From assembly GCA_043228905.1 (NCBI GenBank), contig JBHGNT010000003.1, positions 8,556,001 through 8,620,000 on the forward strand: a DNA stretch of 64,000 bases. The letters are read 5' to 3'. How positions within the stretch are numbered: the first letter of the stretch is position 1; each line of letters begins with the position of its first letter. A program made the position numbers and the translations under genes. A model generated the notes under the pieces. That model had not been told where the DNA came from. It worked only from the letters and a program-made list of their open reading frames with translations, and ran no database searches. Of the stretch, positions 61,368-64,000 are shown one piece after another. This stretch comes from Azolla caroliniana (taxonomy: Eukaryota > Plantae > Polypodiophyta).

Positions 61368-64000
61368 ATGAAGCTGGACGAGGAATATCTAATGAAGGCA
61401 ATGTCAAAGATGATGATGGAGTTTTCAAGAGAAGGGAAAACACGACATGCGGCCCAACAAGCTGTTGAAAGCATGATGAAGCGAGTCGGGGTTTTTGATG
61501 GAGGCAAAGTCCAAAAATTTCTAAAGGCCTACAATGCCGAAATGGATTCAAGAGGAGTGGAGGAAGCAATGAAGCTGGAGTACTTTTGTCGAGTGGTGGC
61601 CGAACCGATCTTCGAAGAGATTAAAGAGATTCAAAAAACTCACGATTCGTGGGTGTCCTTCAAAGAAGCTTTACGAGAATCATATGGTTACGAAGAGCAA
61701 AAGGGACGAGGTCTGTATGAGTTTCACAAATGGGTGTCATCGAGAAAGACCCACCAGAGTGCTATGCATGCATTCGTTGAGTTTGAGTATCGCTTCGCTC
61801 AACTCTCGGACCGGGATCGAAGATTGGTGGGGGTGAATAAAGTTCTGATGTTTGTAAAGTCAATCGATCGGAAAGAAAGGAAGACCATTGGAATCCAACT
61901 CGAGGATGACAATGGTGAAAATGGCCTCACTGAGGATTGGGCCAAAGTGGAAAGGGTATGCCGACAACACGATAAGAGGGAGATGAGACTCTCATCGACA
62001 ACAACACGACCCACAAGGGATGTTCAAAGGACAATGGGATGTGGCAATAAAAACCCACTGAAGGAAGAAAGCTCGAAGAGGGAAGCTTCGAAAGAACTAA
62101 ACATAGAAGCCTTGATGAGAGAGGCAATAATGAACTTAAAGGCACAAGTCGGGGTTGAAGAGAAGCTGAAAACAAAACCGAGGAAAATGGTGATCAACGA
62201 AGAGGAGACCTCTCGACAAATGCAGACTAATGGTACAGCCAATACGAAGGCCCAGGTTCGGTATGACAGTACCATGGGAGAAGGTGTGAAACAAACCACC
62301 TTCTCGACTTATGGAGGAACGACGGTCGAGAGAAGGGCCAAAGACTCGAGAGCGGGAAATGCTGCTTTAAGAGTGGACAAGCATTTCGGAACACATGATG
62401 TGTCCGAAATATCGAGTAATGAAGGTGCAAGCATGAGGGAAGCTTGCGTGATCAAGGGATGTAAAGAGTGCGAGGTCGACGTGATTGAGGCGGTAGCCAC
62501 GAGGAACGACATCGAGTCGCAGATGGCTAAGGAAGAGTCCACGACGAATGACCGTGTCGAGACTTTCCTAACACTTGATCTAGAGACTTGGGCAGTTGCG
62601 TTCGAGAGCCAACATGAGACCCAAGAGACGGAAAGTGGTGGGGAAGAAAATATTGAAGACAATGCGAATAACAACATTGAGCGAAAGATGGCTACGGATG
62701 AGAAGACGGTGACAGATGGTGTCGACGTTCTCCCCACAATTGTTCCTGAGACTTCGGCAGTTGTGCTCGAGTGTCAACGTGAGACCGGAGAGATGGAAGG
62801 TGACGGCAAGAAATCGAAGGACCAAAACGGCGATGAGGACGATGACCACAAACGAAGGGATCCCTCCACACCGGTTCCGGAGACTTCGGTAGTTGTGCCC
62901 GAGAGCCAACATAAGACCGGAGAGATGTCGAATACAAGTGTATAATGGACGTATTCACACTATCCCTTTGTATAGATCAAGTTTGGGCCATTTGTGTAAT
63001 TAGCATAAATGGTAGTTGCCCTAAGTCAGTCACTATATATAGTGACCTTGTAACCTCTTTGTAAGGTTGGTTGTATTATTGTTTTCTATGGAATAGAAAA
63101 AGTCTTTTGTGCCTCTTCTCTCTCTCTCTCTCTCTCTCTGTGCACGATCTTGGAAACTGTCATACGCAGGTACTCGAAACCCTAATCGAATGCTTCTTGA
63201 TCTTCCGCATCGACACGGCCTTGTCTTCAACAAGAGATGGAAGGTGGCAGTGAGGAGATGAGGGTCGAAGCCAGCACATACAGAGGAACGATGGCCAACA
63301 AGGAGGCCAAAAATAAAGCTACAATAGAGTTCGATGAAGAGCCAAAGAGCGGAAAGAAAGGAAGAACTGGAATACAATCTGGATGGAAGATGAAGTCGTT
63401 GGTATTCCAACCCGAACGGAAGCCAACCCGAACGAGAGTTGATCAACCGGGCCCGACCCAACTGAAAACCGGACGGAAACTAACCCGGACGAAAGTCGAT
63501 CATCTGATTCTGATTCGGCCGAATGTGAATCCGAACGAAGGCCGACCAAGCCAGAAGTTGATTGGTCGAGACCGATCCCGACAGAAGTTGAGCCGGCCTA
63601 GACGGAGGTCGAAGCAAACAAGCCGCGACATCCAGTCGAGGCTGTTGAGCATAAGGAAAGGCAAGCATGAGACAAGAAAGGATGATAAAGAAAAGTTAAG
63701 TGACCAAGGAGATGGCCGAGATGAAGGTGGCACATGCACGAGGCATGAAGCGTTATGCTCGGGAGGAGCAAAGGGAGCCATGACAACTAGACATGACAAT
63801 AAAACAGGTGAGCGAATGATATGGTGGATCGGATGGCAACGACAGTTCGAAGTAGACGGCAAAAAGATGGTGCGGACGAGCCGCAAGAAAGGAGGAAGTC
63901 AAACACCAACCGCCTTTGACCCTTCCACATCACTCTTTTCTTCTTGGCACATACCGGAGGATGTGCAGTTTGGTGGGGGTGGATGTCGTGATGTGGCATG
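61368..64000 (+). pseudogene. Element G Gag-derived long ORF (>770 aa once the solo LTR is removed), homologous to the C ORF
   Basis: ORF 61368..62945 is cut by a solo LTR; by manual translation the frame resumes at 63237 and is stop-free to the window end (KKGRTGIQSGWK..ERKPTR..IGRDRSRQKL..IWWIGWQ..FGGGGCR). Confidence 0.85.
62926..63232 (+). mobile_element. Solo LTR of the element I Copia family
   Basis: Reverse-complement match to the I LTR; TG...CA termini; TSD AGAGA (62921-62925 / 63233-63237). Confidence 0.95.

Larger units (their letters stand above)
60667..64000 (+). mobile_element. Element G: pol-less tRNA-Trp-primed LTR element; 3' LTR runs off the window
   Basis: 5' LTR 60667-61329; PBS TGGCAAACCCGACGTGA at 61335-61351; PPT GGTGGGGGTGGA; 3' LTR starts at 63984 with the same tgtcgtgatgtggcatg. 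Confidence 0.92.

Overview
A eukaryotic window, almost certainly plant and plausibly a non-seed plant such as a bryophyte (inferred from the TE lineages). No host gene is recognisable. About 90% is a nested stack of LTR retrotransposons, labelled A-L below. (1) A chromodomain Ty3/Gypsy element (A, 4067-18110). (2) A tRNA-Trp-primed, non-chromovirus Ty3/Gypsy superfamily with TGTCG...CGACA termini and 4-bp TSDs: autonomous-type copies B, E and K, three pol-less single-ORF copies C, F and G, and a solo LTR. (3) A Ty1/Copia family with an extension after RNase H (D, H, J, L). (4) One intact, very young Tnt1/Tork-like Copia (I, 37328-42867) plus solo LTRs. The most interesting biology is in the Trp-primed superfamily. 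Its pol-less members keep a ~760-aa Gag-capsid/acidic-repeat/basic-repeat/WWIGW ORF open across families with different LTRs. All six measurable insertion sites are centred on CpG (MCGK). The autonomous-type copies have a G_GAU_UUU slippery site and a covarying pseudoknot between gag-protease and RT. Conserved covarying hairpins lie in U5 and just before the PPT. The AT-rich LTRs carry an antisense tRNA-like A-box/B-box module. Coordinates and comparisons were read by eye; no database search was run.
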